Origin: an uncultured Oscillospiraceae bacterium
Lineage (GTDB): Bacteria > Bacillota > Clostridia > Saccharofermentanales > Saccharofermentanaceae
Direction: 5' to 3'
Length of the DNA stretch: 64,000 nucleotides
Assembly: GCA_964501725.1 (NCBI GenBank)
Contig: CAZCTO010000007.1
Coordinates: 10,264 to 74,263 of the forward strand
In this document: piece by piece, positions 30,921 through 40,707 of the stretch
How the letters are laid out: every line of letters starts with the position of its first letter
Numbering within the stretch: position 1 is the first letter of the stretch
The notes under the pieces: generated by a model
Database searches by the model: none
Told to the model about the DNA's origin: nothing
The model's input: only the letters and a program-made list of their open reading frames with translations
Position numbers and translations under genes: made by a program

Positions 30921-32243
30921 ATGAATATATGGGAAGTTCTTCAAATTTCGAAAAGTACGAATGTAGCGCAAATCCGAAACGCCTACGTAAACGTTCTTTG
31001 CGCGAAAAGGGTTGAAGATTTTACCGTTGAAGGATTCATAACTATGCGGGAAGCCTATGCTAAGGCACTCCTTTTCGCGCGAACCGGGGATTATGAGAAT
31101 TATGAAATTCCTGAAGATGTTACTCCGCTTCGTGTATCAAAGGGTAATATCGCATATATTGAACCCATTCTCGGCATTCGTGAAATGACCATCGCTGACG
31201 CGCCCAAACCGGCCATCGCACCGGAAGTTGCCTCCCGCCTCAGTGACATCATTCGTTTATACACATCGATGATGGCCCTGCATGATGATTTTTACGGACG
31301 CATTGAACTGGATAATTGGAAAGAATTGATGCAGACCGATCTGCTGATCAATATGAAGATTATTCATTTCATGCGCTTACCGGTTCTCACTTCCTGTGTC
31401 GCTAATCCGTTGCTTCCTCAAACGGTTTGGATATTTCTTGATCATCTGTTTCACTGGCGGGATCAATTGTTCTCACTCCCCAAAGATTACGATAATGAGA
31501 AGAAAATACTTATGCTGGAGACAGATCCGAAGTGGGACTTCAGTTATTCCCGTTTCCGCCTGACCAAGAGCCTGATCAGTAATTTGTCAAAGGAGGAGCA
31601 GGCATCTGTAAAACCTTCATGGGAGCACAAGCGCACTAAGAAACTGTCGTCGACCAATGTCGACTACGAGCAATACGCGATCTATCGCAGAAACATGAGA
31701 AACGCAATCATCGAAAAGGATAAAGAGGCCGTGGAGAAGTTTTTCATCATGGCCGCGGATCTGTTTGACGGCGACCCGGATTTGTTTGTAATCGTGTATG
31801 ATTTCATGAAAGAACTGCGAGACGAAGGGCAATTGTCTAATAAAGCGTTATTCCGCGATATCGTTGAACGACTGTTGGATTTTTACCCCGAACACATTAC
31901 TTTTCTGATTTGCCGTGCGGATTGTATTTTAGATCAGAAGCAATATGATCAGGCAATTACTGAGTATAAGAAATTGGCACTTCGATTTCCGGACAGTTTG
32001 ATGATCCTTTACGAGCTTGCCGGGGCATACCAACTAGCCGGTCAGGACAGCGAAGCCAAAAAGACAATAAAGACGATCGAGAAGAATTACCCCTCGGTTC
32101 AAGCTTTGTTAAAGACCGGTCGAAGCCATTCACTCGACGCCCCATCGGTTAAGGAGCAATATTTGCTCAATGAGCAGGTTATGAAGTCTCTCGAAAAAGA
32201 CAAAGGTAAGGGCAAGCCGGGTAGCGGATTGCGAAATAGATAG
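30921..32243 (+). CDS. J-domain-like (no HPD) N-terminus + TPR-like helical repeat protein
   Basis: N-terminal MNIWEVLQISKSTNVAQIRNAYVNVLCAKRVED resembles J-domain helices II-III but lacks the HPD tripeptide; C-terminal TPR-like region (QYDQAITEYKKLALRFPDS..LAGQDSEAKK). Confidence 0.45.
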   Translation: MNIWEVLQISKSTNVAQIRNAYVNVLCAKRVEDFTVEGFITMREAYAKALLFARTGDYENYEIPEDVTPLRVSKGNIAYIEPILGIREMTIADAPKPAIAPEVASRLSDIIRLYTSMMALHDDFYGRIELDNWKELMQTDLLINMKIIHFMRLPVLTSCVANPLLPQTVWIFLDHLFHWRDQLFSLPKDYDNEKKILMLETDPKWDFSYSRFRLTKSLISNLSKEEQASVKPSWEHKRTKKLSSTNVDYEQYAIYRRNMRNAIIEKDKEAVEKFFIMAADLFDGDPDLFVIVYDFMKELRDEGQLSNKALFRDIVERLLDFYPEHITFLICRADCILDQKQYDQAITEYKKLALRFPDSLMILYELAGAYQLAGQDSEAKKTIKTIEKNYPSVQALLKTGRSHSLDAPSVKEQYLLNEQVMKSLEKDKGKGKPGSGLRNR

Positions 32244-32264
32244 ACGAAGTTAAGAAGGATTTAA

Positions 32265-32990
32265 ATGGAGAATCAGTTTTCAAGAACCCGGCTTCTTCTC
32301 GGAGATAAAGCGATAGAGGCCCTCTGCGCCTCTGCCGTTGCGGTGTTCGGCATTGGCGGAGTCGGATCTTTTGCGGCAGAAGCGCTGGCAAGAAGCGGTG
32401 TAGGGCGCATAGCGCTTTTTGATATGGATGAAATTCATATCACCAATATTAATCGTCAGCTGATTGCGACGGTTTCAACGATCGGCAAGAAAAAAGTCGA
32501 TATTATGAGAGAGCGTATTTTGGATATTAATCCGGAAGCAATCGTAGAGACTTTTCCGGTTTTTTACGGAGAAAATAACGCCGACGAATTTGATTTGTCG
32601 ATCTACTCATATATCGTGGATGCGATTGATACGGTTTCGAGCAAGTTGACTTTAATAGAGCGCGCAAAGGCAAAAGGTGTTCCCATAATCAGTTGCATGG
32701 GTGCCGGAAACAAGCTGGATCCGACTGCCTTTGAAGTGGATGATATTTTTAATACCAGCGTATGCCCGCTTGCCAAAGTAATGAGAAAAGAACTTCGGGA
32801 TAGAGGGGTTCAATCGCTCAGAGTGGTTTATTCTAAAGAGAATCCAAAGCGGCACGCACATTCAGAGGAAGAAATCAGTACAGCGGGCCGGGCCGGGAAG
32901 CCGGTACCGGGTAGTATTGCGTTTGTTCCGTCAGTCGCAGGACTGATTCTTGCGGGAGAAGTGATTAAGGGGATTACAGGCATTTCCTGA
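32265..32990 (+). CDS. tcdA: tRNA threonylcarbamoyladenosine dehydratase (ThiF/MoeB-family E1-like)
   Basis: Rossmann GIGGVGS motif, E1-like fold; 241 aa typical of TcdA/CsdL. Confidence 0.75.
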   Translation: MENQFSRTRLLLGDKAIEALCASAVAVFGIGGVGSFAAEALARSGVGRIALFDMDEIHITNINRQLIATVSTIGKKKVDIMRERILDINPEAIVETFPVFYGENNADEFDLSIYSYIVDAIDTVSSKLTLIERAKAKGVPIISCMGAGNKLDPTAFEVDDIFNTSVCPLAKVMRKELRDRGVQSLRVVYSKENPKRHAHSEEEISTAGRAGKPVPGSIAFVPSVAGLILAGEVIKGITGIS

Positions 32991-33058
32991 TTGAGGGAAC
33001 GACCGAATCGGAATTGAACAAATTTTTCATCAGACATTTCCGCGGTGAAATGCACACT

Positions 33059-34237
33059 TTAGTCTTCTAATGACACCCACTTGCTTCCTAAAAGGCTGGA
33101 CTCGATCACTTTGTGTACAAATTTAACACCCAGAAGTCCATCGTATGAATTCGGGAAAAGCATCGACAGCGGATCTGCTTTTGTTCCGGTAATTCTGGCT
33201 GCAATGGCTTCTGCGGCATCGGAGTATAGATTTGCAAATGCTTCATGAAAGCCTTCCGGATGCCCCTTGACGATCCTGCTTGAACGGGCTGAAAAGGGGA
33301 GTGTCCCCGGCCCGTTGGGAGTTCGCACCTCTGCGGGTCCTTGAAGTGGTTTGAAGACTAGTGATTGCGGCACTTCCTGCAACCATTCCAGTGTACCTTT
33401 GGTTCCGCTGACCCGAATCCGCAGACTGTTTTCGACACCGGCGGCCGCCTGAGTCACCCAGAAACTGCCGCGTGCGCCGTTATTAAATCGCAGCATGGCT
33501 CCGGCAAAGTCATGAACCAGGCGATTGGGAACGACGGTCCCGGCTTCTCCGGATAACTCCGATACTTCGAGACCGGTTACAAAACGGACCAGGTTATGCG
33601 CATGTGTACCTATATCTCCCATAACCAGAGAGGGTCCGCCGCGTACCGGGTCATATCGCCAAGGCAACTTGCCTGACGGATCCGGATCATTTTCATCGGC
33701 TTTTCCACCCTGTACGTACTCGATCTGAATGAGGCGAATCGTTCCCAACTGTCCGTCATTTACCATTGCTTTTGCCTGGCGGACCATCGGATAGCCGGTA
33801 TAATTATGTGTAAGACAAAACACATGGCCGGATTGAACGACCTGCTTATGGAGTGCCAACGCGTCTTCAAGCGTATTTGTCATCGGTTTATCGCAGATGA
33901 CGTCAAAGCCCTTGTCCAACGCTGCTGAAGCGTAAAGGTAATGACTGTCATTGGGAGTCATGATAGCAACCGCATCCGCTCCTTCCGGTAATAATGATTC
34001 GGTTTCGATAAGTTCCATTGCATCAGCGTATATCCGGTTCTTGTGAAGGCCGATCGCAAGGCCGTCACGCATTGCTTTATCCGGTCTGGAAGACAGAGAA
34101 CCGGCGACGATATCGTAGCGGTCGTCCATCCTTGCCGCCTGGCGGTGCATAGCTCCGATAAAAGAACCTTCACCTCCTCCGATAACGGCTAATCGTATAC
34201 GTCTCCCGAGAAGATCTGTTACCGGATTTAAACTCAT
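33059..34237 (-). CDS. Gfo/Idh/MocA family NAD(P)-dependent oxidoreductase
   Basis: N-terminal Rossmann LAVIGGGEGSFIG.., GFOR-type C-terminal domain; 392 aa. Confidence 0.75.
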   Translation of the reverse strand: MSLNPVTDLLGRRIRLAVIGGGEGSFIGAMHRQAARMDDRYDIVAGSLSSRPDKAMRDGLAIGLHKNRIYADAMELIETESLLPEGADAVAIMTPNDSHYLYASAALDKGFDVICDKPMTNTLEDALALHKQVVQSGHVFCLTHNYTGYPMVRQAKAMVNDGQLGTIRLIQIEYVQGGKADENDPDPSGKLPWRYDPVRGGPSLVMGDIGTHAHNLVRFVTGLEVSELSGEAGTVVPNRLVHDFAGAMLRFNNGARGSFWVTQAAAGVENSLRIRVSGTKGTLEWLQEVPQSLVFKPLQGPAEVRTPNGPGTLPFSARSSRIVKGHPEGFHEAFANLYSDAAEAIAARITGTKADPLSMLFPNSYDGLLGVKFVHKVIESSLLGSKWVSLED

Positions 34238-34707
34238 AATAACTCGCCACCCTTCAGAAAATGCAGAATTGCCTTTGTTACTAACCTGTGGTCCTCTTCC
34301 TGAGAGAGTCCTGAGACGGTGATCGCTCCGACCGTTCCCGTGTCTTTTATAATAATCGGAAAACTGCCCCCGTGCGGCGCATACCCGGTCTCCGGAAGAA
34401 GCATGGCGGCTTCAATTGTTTTACCTTGGTTCTTCAGACGGATTCCCGTATATAAGGAACTGTGTCCGGTGCGGGTAACCATTCTGATTTTCCGTTCAAT
34501 CCATGCATCATTGTCTGCTGAGGTTCCCGGCAGGGCGGCATGAAACAAACGACGTCCGGCCAAATGAATGTCAATCGTTACCGGCAAATTCTCTTTTTCG
34601 GCGGTTGCATATATATGGGATCCGATGCTCCATGCGGTCTTCTCATTAAAAAAGGGGAAAACCAGCTCTTGTTCCTCGGAAATCAAATCATCCAAACTGT
34701 ATTCCAT
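34234..34707 (-). CDS. GlcG/HbpS-like (DUF336) haem-binding domain protein
   Basis: Signature HGGSFPIIIKDTGTVGAITVSGLSQEEDH; start at ATG 34707 with RBS GGGAG; 4-nt overlap with the upstream oxidoreductase. Confidence 0.65.
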   Translation of the reverse strand: MEYSLDDLISEEQELVFPFFNEKTAWSIGSHIYATAEKENLPVTIDIHLAGRRLFHAALPGTSADNDAWIERKIRMVTRTGHSSLYTGIRLKNQGKTIEAAMLLPETGYAPHGGSFPIIIKDTGTVGAITVSGLSQEEDHRLVTKAILHFLKGGELL

Positions 34708-34956
34708 AATACACTCCCTAAAACCGTAAGACTGTATTCCAATATTCATCGAAAAGAACGTTGGTAAATAACATACGGACACGTATTCTGCGTCTTGTCC
34801 ATAGCATAGCATCCGTAATAATTTATTACAAGAAAGCGTACACGCCGGGAGGAAATGAATATACACAGACAGAAAAACCCCGCCGGCTGTGTTGCTTCAG
34901 CCGGCGGGGAATATGCGTCTCGATCTCACAAAATAACTTTTAGTGCGCAGTCACAA

Positions 34957-36111
34957 TCAGTAACGATAATTATTGGTAGGGTTATCCGAAGGTTTTTTTA
35001 TAACTGACTTTTTCCGTCCCTTATACTCTTCAATAAATCCCGCTATCGTTGCGCCAATAACCATAAAGAGCACCAATCCGATGAGCACGATCAGACCCAA
35101 TCCTTTTTTACTGTTACCATCGGAATCATCCTTCGTTACTCCCGCGGCGGGACTGGGTGTCGGCGTAGGTGTCGGTGCAATCGTCTCTGCCGGGGCAGTC
35201 GTCTCTGCCGGTACAGTGGTTTCAGTCGGAGCGACCGTCGTTTCCGTGGTCTCAGACGGAACGGTCGTTGGTTCTGTGACCGGTGTCGGAGCCACAGTTG
35301 GTGTCACTTTGGGTGTGGGTGTCACCGTCGGCTTAACTGTTGGCGTCGGAGGCTTGGCTGCAAATACAGCATTTAAAGAATAGGCGCTTGTAGGCATGCT
35401 AAATTTATACACGGCTGAGGTGCTAACCGTGCTTCCGGAAGCTTCCCATCTAATGAAATCATACCCTGCGTTGGGTGTTGCGGATACAGTTACTTCTGTC
35501 CCCGTAGCAAACGAACCCGCGCCGGAAGCGTTACCGCCGACTGTTTTAGTAATAGAAAGAGGATATAAAACCGGAGTAAATACAGCATTCAAAGAACAGT
35601 TATTTGCAGGCATTGTGAAGCCATACGTAGCTGAAGTGCTTCCCGAAATGCCGGAGCCATCCCACCTTACAAAAGTATACCCTGCGCTGGGAGTTGCGGT
35701 TACAGTCACTTCAGCTCCTGCAACAAAAGAACCTGCGCCGGAAGCGTTACCGCCGGTTGTCTTAGTAATAGAAAGAGCATACGAAACCGGAGCAAATTCT
35801 GCATATAATGAACAGTCGATTGCGGGCATCGTGAACGTGTATGTTGCTGATGTGCTACCCGGCACGCCGGAACCTGTCCATCCGACAAACACATACCCAT
35901 CGGCGGGAGTTGCAATTACAGTCACATCAGCTCCCTCAAGCTTTGTACCTGCGCCTGATGCGGTACCACCGGCGGATTTACTAATCGTAAGCTCGTGCGG
36001 ATCACCCGGATCAAAAACAGCACTTGAAAAAGAATCCGCTGCTACGGCATATCCGGTAAACAAAAAAACAAGAAGAATACAGCTGGCCAAAACAACAAAA
36101 CGCTTCTTCAT
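34957..36111 (-). CDS. Cell-surface protein: signal peptide, 3 tandem InlB-B-repeat/Flg_new domains, Pro/Thr-rich linker, C-terminal TM anchor
   Basis: MKKRFVVLASCILLVFL signal; three ~72-aa repeats (GY.FV.W.GSG..GSTSATY.FTMP...SL.A.F); PT-rich stretch; hydrophobic helix plus KGRKK stop-transfer. Confidence 0.75.
   Translation of the reverse strand: MKKRFVVLASCILLVFLFTGYAVAADSFSSAVFDPGDPHELTISKSAGGTASGAGTKLEGADVTVIATPADGYVFVGWTGSGVPGSTSATYTFTMPAIDCSLYAEFAPVSYALSITKTTGGNASGAGSFVAGAEVTVTATPSAGYTFVRWDGSGISGSTSATYGFTMPANNCSLNAVFTPVLYPLSITKTVGGNASGAGSFATGTEVTVSATPNAGYDFIRWEASGSTVSTSAVYKFSMPTSAYSLNAVFAAKPPTPTVKPTVTPTPKVTPTVAPTPVTEPTTVPSETTETTVAPTETTVPAETTAPAETIAPTPTPTPSPAAGVTKDDSDGNSKKGLGLIVLIGLVLFMVIGATIAGFIEEYKGRKKSVIKKPSDNPTNNYRY
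35360..36025. repeat. Three ~215-bp tandem DNA repeats encoding the B-repeat domains
   Basis: Near-identical nucleotide blocks visible on both strands (e.g. repeated ACAGCATTTAAAGAA/ACAGCATTCAAAGAA contexts). Confidence 0.6.
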
Positions 36112-36367
36112 AAAGTCCCGCCCCTCCTAGATAAACTGATGTCAGTTACTTTTTTTTATTTTAATCCAATACTATTGATAATACCACACTTTAAGCCGCA
36201 AAACAGGGTGTTTATCAACGCATACTATGAAAAAAGAGTCGTTTTTGCAAGGAAATTAGTATAAGAAGCGAGGTTCATGACTTAATAGTTAGAGCAGTTG
36301 TTGGTATACTGAATAAACAAAGTTAACCTTCGTCAGAATCCATTTCGAAGTGGGAGGAAAAGTAATT

Positions 36368-37516
36368 ATGAGCGGTGCGTTTTCTAAAGGCATTTACCGG
36401 AATGTTTTTGCGGAGTTGGGTCATCCGGAAACCGAAATCGAAAAGCGCCTTGATGATACATTTAAGACTTTATTTTACGGCCCGGAGGATGAGCGTATTT
36501 ATTTTACGTTAGGGGAAGATATGGCCTATATGCTCGATACGGGAAACCTCGATGCGCGCTCGGAGGGCATGTCCTACGGGATGATGATTTGTGTTCAGTT
36601 GAATCGCAAAGAAGAGTTTGATCGGCTTTGGCGTTTTGCGAAAAAATATATGTATCTGGAGTTCGGGAGAAACGCCGGATACTTTTGCTGGTCGAACGGA
36701 CTTGACGGGTCCAAGAATTCGGACGGGCCGGCACCGGACGGCGAAGAGTTTTTCGCGATGGCGCTGATATTTGCATCCAATCGATGGGGGAACGGTGAAG
36801 GAGTACTGAATTATTTAGAAGAGGCAAAAGCGATTTTGCGTGTTATGCTTCACCAAGGTGAAAACGGCAACGGCGGACGTCCTATGTGGGATCCGGATAA
36901 TAAACTGATTCGCTTCATTACGGAGGTCGATTTTTCCGACCCGTCCTATCACCTGCCGCATTTCTATGAGCTCTTTTCCCTTTACTCGGATGAAGCCGAT
37001 AAAGACTTCTGGCGTCAGGCAGCGGATGCGAGCCGTAAGTATCTGGCGAAAGCATGCCATCCGGTAACCGGGCTTTCTGCCGAATATGCCGAGTTTGACG
37101 GAACGCCTCATTCCGGGCACGAGGAGATTTTCGGGCGGCATGACTGGTACTACAGCGATGCGTACCGTACGGTTGCCAACGTGGCGCTGGACTGGTCGTG
37201 GTTCGGAAAAGATGAGAACGAAAAAAAGATCGCGGAAAATGTCCAAAAATTCTTTTGTGAAACAGTCAGGGAAAATCCATTCGGCATATATGCGATTGAC
37301 GGAACGGTGTTGGAAGGACAGGCGCTCCACCCCGTAGCGATCATTGCGGTCAATGCGCAGGCATCCCTCGCGTCCGACGGAAAATATGCCGGTGAGTGCG
37401 TGGAAAAGCTTTGGAATACGCCTCTTCGTACGGGCAACCGGCGCTACTACGATAATTGTCTTTATATGTTTGCGATGTTGGCATTAAGCGGAAATTATCG
37501 CATGTGGCTCAGCTGA
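36368..37516 (+). CDS. Glycoside hydrolase family 8 (reducing-end xylose-releasing exo-oligoxylanase-like)
   Basis: GH8 (alpha/alpha)6 barrel motifs (SEGMSYGMM, DAYR, WDPDNKLIRF); ATG 36368 after RBS GGGAGG. Confidence 0.7.
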   Translation: MSGAFSKGIYRNVFAELGHPETEIEKRLDDTFKTLFYGPEDERIYFTLGEDMAYMLDTGNLDARSEGMSYGMMICVQLNRKEEFDRLWRFAKKYMYLEFGRNAGYFCWSNGLDGSKNSDGPAPDGEEFFAMALIFASNRWGNGEGVLNYLEEAKAILRVMLHQGENGNGGRPMWDPDNKLIRFITEVDFSDPSYHLPHFYELFSLYSDEADKDFWRQAADASRKYLAKACHPVTGLSAEYAEFDGTPHSGHEEIFGRHDWYYSDAYRTVANVALDWSWFGKDENEKKIAENVQKFFCETVRENPFGIYAIDGTVLEGQALHPVAIIAVNAQASLASDGKYAGECVEKLWNTPLRTGNRRYYDNCLYMFAMLALSGNYRMWLS

Positions 37517-37536
37517 CAGTAAGCTATAAACGCTGT

Positions 37537-37580
37537 AAAAAGAGCCGCCGCACGATTGAAGCGCGGCGACTCTTTTGCTT
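37537..37580. terminator. Bidirectional intrinsic terminator between GH8 and the permease
   Basis: AAAAAGAGCCGCCGC...GCGCGGCGACTCTTTT hairpin with flanking A and T runs. Confidence 0.6.
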
Positions 37581-37603
37581 TTCAGGAATCATAAAGTGAA
37601 GAA

Positions 37604-38959
37604 TTATGCTTCTGTTTTTGCTTCTGCGGCAGGCGCAGCCTCTTCTTTTTTCTTTCCGATGGAAAGGATCAAATTGAGCACGATACCGACGATTGCTGCT
37701 GTGGCAATGGGGGGCAGTTCTATTCCGAAAAAAGGAATCATATTGTTTGGAAAGCCATAATGTCCGCCGAGGCCGATCACGAGGATGACAGCTATAACGG
37801 CAAGATTTCTTGCGTCAAAAAGATCCACTTTTTTATTGATCATAATCGCGACGCCCTGTGCCCCGATCACACCGAACAGATAGATGCAGGCGCCGTTGAT
37901 GACACTTGGAGGAACCGAATTAATGGCATTGGATACCGGGTTCAGGAACGAAAGTGCCATGGCCATCAATGCAGCAACTCCGAGAACACGGGTAGAAAAA
38001 TTCTTCGTAATTGCCATCGTTGAGATGTTCTCACCGTAATTGGTTCCGGCAGGACCGCCGAACACTGAAGAAACGATGTCGCCGACTCCGTCGCCGATCA
38101 GGTTGAGACCCAACTTATCCGCGATTTTATACTCGCCTTTACCTTTCTTTTTGGCAAGATGGTTGACATAAATATCGAGCTGGAAAAGATGTGCCGTGGA
38201 TTCGGGAATGGTCGCAATCGCGATGGGCATAATTGCCAGGACGGCCTGCCAGCTGACTGTAGGGAGTGTAAAATGAGGAACTGAAACAACCGTACCGTCC
38301 CAGATTTTGCCGAAATCAACCAGACCCAGAGGAATACTGACAATATACCCGACCAGGATTCCAAGTAAAATCGGCAGCTGACCGAGGACACCTTTCAAGT
38401 AAACAGAGAAGATGATCGTAGCCAGAAGCGTAACCAGAGCGGCAATCCAGAACTCGTCGATAACCGCGCCGGTGTTATAGCCGGAAGCATAAGTGATTGC
38501 GGTTCCCGCAAGTGAAATACCGATGACCATCGCGATGGAACCGGTCACTGTGGCAGGCAGAATCTTTTCAATGATATCCATTCCGAAGCGACTGACGATC
38601 AGTCCGACGACAATGGAAACAAGACCGGACATAATGATTCCGAATTGAGCCTGAGAGATCAGACTGTCCGATGCGACAACGCCGAACTTGGCCACTGTAA
38701 TACTGCAGATGGCAGCGATGTAAGAGAAACTCGATCCGTAATAGAGAGGTATTTTGCCACGGGTAATCAAGAGAAAACAAATTGTGGCAAGGCCGCTTGC
38801 AAAAATAGTGGTTGAAACATGGAATCCCGTTAATAGGGCGACCGTGACCGTAGCCGGAAACATGACCAGTAACTGCTGAAATGCAAAGATAAGGGTCTTC
38901 CCCACGGAAGGGGTCTCGTCAGGTAGATAACCGGTGATCGCTTTGGATGTTTGTGCCAT
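37604..38959 (-). CDS. NCS2-family nucleobase:cation symporter (uracil/xanthine permease-like)
   Basis: 451-aa 12-14 TM protein with typical NCS2 motifs; Ala/Glu-rich C-terminal tail. Confidence 0.75.
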   Translation of the reverse strand: MAQTSKAITGYLPDETPSVGKTLIFAFQQLLVMFPATVTVALLTGFHVSTTIFASGLATICFLLITRGKIPLYYGSSFSYIAAICSITVAKFGVVASDSLISQAQFGIIMSGLVSIVVGLIVSRFGMDIIEKILPATVTGSIAMVIGISLAGTAITYASGYNTGAVIDEFWIAALVTLLATIIFSVYLKGVLGQLPILLGILVGYIVSIPLGLVDFGKIWDGTVVSVPHFTLPTVSWQAVLAIMPIAIATIPESTAHLFQLDIYVNHLAKKKGKGEYKIADKLGLNLIGDGVGDIVSSVFGGPAGTNYGENISTMAITKNFSTRVLGVAALMAMALSFLNPVSNAINSVPPSVINGACIYLFGVIGAQGVAIMINKKVDLFDARNLAVIAVILVIGLGGHYGFPNNMIPFFGIELPPIATAAIVGIVLNLILSIGKKKEEAAPAAEAKTEA

Positions 38960-39169
38960 CTGGTCCTCCTTACAAAAATGCTTGCGGTGGATTAGTAAAT
39001 GTTCATAACACTATAAAAATTTTAAGGATAAGTAGGAAACAAGTCAATCCAAAATAGCTTATTTTAAGGACATCCCGTCATAAAATTATTTTGAACAGGA
39101 AACTGTCCGCCCATTTTGTAATGCGGTCGAATATGAGGATCAGTAGTGATTCCGAAATAACCGGGTATA

Positions 39170-39847
39170 TCAAAAAAACATTGCCAGCAGCACAGTGGCG
39201 ATCCCCGTTAGGCCGATTGCGGTTCCGCTCATGGCGCCCTCGATTTCTCCGATTTCAATGGCTTTGGAGGTCCCGCCGGCGTGACTTGAAGCACCGATGG
39301 CGACGCCGATTGCCACCGGATTTTTGATGCGAAAAACGCGGATCAGGAGCGGTGCAAACGTGGCTCCGAGGATCCCGGTCAGAACAACGGCGGCGATCGT
39401 TATCGAAGGAATTCCTCCCAGCCGCTCCGATATATCCATCGCGAAAGGTGACGTAGCCGATTTGGGAAGAAGAGAGTTTGTCAGCACCTCATCCAATCGA
39501 AAAAGCCTGCACAGCAGAAACACACTGCTGATGGACACGACGGCACCGGCAATGGTTCCCGCAAGTACAGGGATCAGGTATTTCTTAAGAAGCGGCAACT
39601 GTTGATAGATGGAAAGCGCCAGGACGGCTGTCGCCGGTCCGAGGAAAACATACACAAGATTGGCGCCGATCTGGTATTTTTCGAGAGAAATGCCGGTGAT
39701 CTTCAAAAAAGCAATGCACAGAATCGCCGAGATCAGAATCGGATTGAGGATCGAAAGTTTCGTTTTCGAGTAAATCCACTTGCTGAGCTGGAAAGAGCCG
39801 ACGGTCAGGAAAATTCCGAAAAAGGGCGAGGACAGTATCTCACTCAT
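39170..39847 (-). CDS. lrgB: LrgB family protein
   Basis: 225-aa polytopic membrane protein matching the LrgB family; 12-nt gap to lrgA. Confidence 0.8.
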   Translation of the reverse strand: MSEILSSPFFGIFLTVGSFQLSKWIYSKTKLSILNPILISAILCIAFLKITGISLEKYQIGANLVYVFLGPATAVLALSIYQQLPLLKKYLIPVLAGTIAGAVVSISSVFLLCRLFRLDEVLTNSLLPKSATSPFAMDISERLGGIPSITIAAVVLTGILGATFAPLLIRVFRIKNPVAIGVAIGASSHAGGTSKAIEIGEIEGAMSGTAIGLTGIATVLLAMFF

Positions 39848-39859
39848 CGTTGGCCTCCT

Positions 39860-40228
39860 TCAATTTTTTCCTGCGTTCAATTTATTCTGAAGCCGGATAA
39901 CGCCTTGTACGGTATATGCGGCAGCGGCAAAAGTCAGCACTGTTGAGATCAATACGATCAAAAGAAAAGGCAGAATATTCTTCTTTAGCAGTTCCAGACT
40001 CGAAATGATGCCGACGCCCGGCGGGATCAGAAACAAAGCCATGTTTTTCAAAAGAAAATCCGAAAAAGACCGAATATGGTCTGTCTTCAGAAATTTGCAG
40101 CATAGGAGAATGAAAAGAAGAATCATACTGATGACGGTTCCGGGGAAGGCAAAAGGTAAGATGATTGAAATCGCCTCGCCCAGAAGACATATTCCGAAAA
40201 GCACCACAACTTGCGTCAAGAGTTTCAT
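39860..40228 (-). CDS. lrgA: CidA/LrgA holin-like protein
   Basis: 122-aa 4-TM protein MKLLTQVVVLFGICLLGEA..; paired with lrgB. Confidence 0.8.
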   Translation of the reverse strand: MKLLTQVVVLFGICLLGEAISIILPFAFPGTVISMILLFILLCCKFLKTDHIRSFSDFLLKNMALFLIPPGVGIISSLELLKKNILPFLLIVLISTVLTFAAAAYTVQGVIRLQNKLNAGKN

Positions 40229-40335
40229 AAAGTCTCCGTTTCCCGGGGATTGCGGTTTTTCTCATTATATACGACAACAGGGATATGGGGTAGAAATAAA
40301 AAAATCAAAGAGGTCACTTCCGTGACCGAAAAAGT

Positions 40336-40707
40336 CTACTCCAGATCCAATATATTCATCTTCTCGATTTCCTTGTTCTTCTTGGGCACGTCTTTTTCCA
40401 GTGAGCGGGCAACAAAGAAGATCAGAAGGAGGATGACCGTCGGGATGTTTGCCAGTGCTCCGGTATATATAATTCCCGGGATAACGGTACGGAGATCGCC
40501 AGGCATCAAAAGGAACATTGATAACGAAATAAGCGTCGCGATGCCGAACGACGCGATCGGAAGGAATAACCCATATTTCTTATCCACCTTTCGAGCGAGG
40601 AAAAATTCCAGAACACACAGACCTATAAAAATCAGGCAGGCCAGGATCAGCACGATCAGGAAGGGTAAAAATGAGACTGAACTTGAACCATCGACTGTAT
40701 TACTCAT
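40336..40707 (-). CDS. Small membrane protein (3-4 TM), partner of the DUF2089-like regulator
   Basis: Hydrophobic 123-aa ORF; start overlaps the upstream gene stop by 4 nt. Confidence 0.55.
   Translation of the reverse strand: MSNTVDGSSSVSFLPFLIVLILACLIFIGLCVLEFFLARKVDKKYGLFLPIASFGIATLISLSMFLLMPGDLRTVIPGIIYTGALANIPTVILLLIFFVARSLEKDVPKKNKEIEKMNILDLE

Noticed and set aside
35396-36130. 244-aa + strand ORF opposite the surface-protein gene
   Set aside because: Shadow ORF created by the repetitive GC-rich coding repeats. The minus-strand product has signal peptide, repeats and anchor.
38960-39169. Purine riboswitch in the 5' leader of the NCS2 nucleobase permease (minus strand)
   Set aside because: The reverse-complemented leader lacks the conserved guanine-riboswitch motifs (GAUAUGG, UUUCUACC, CCGUAAAU, GACUA). 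No PyrR box either.
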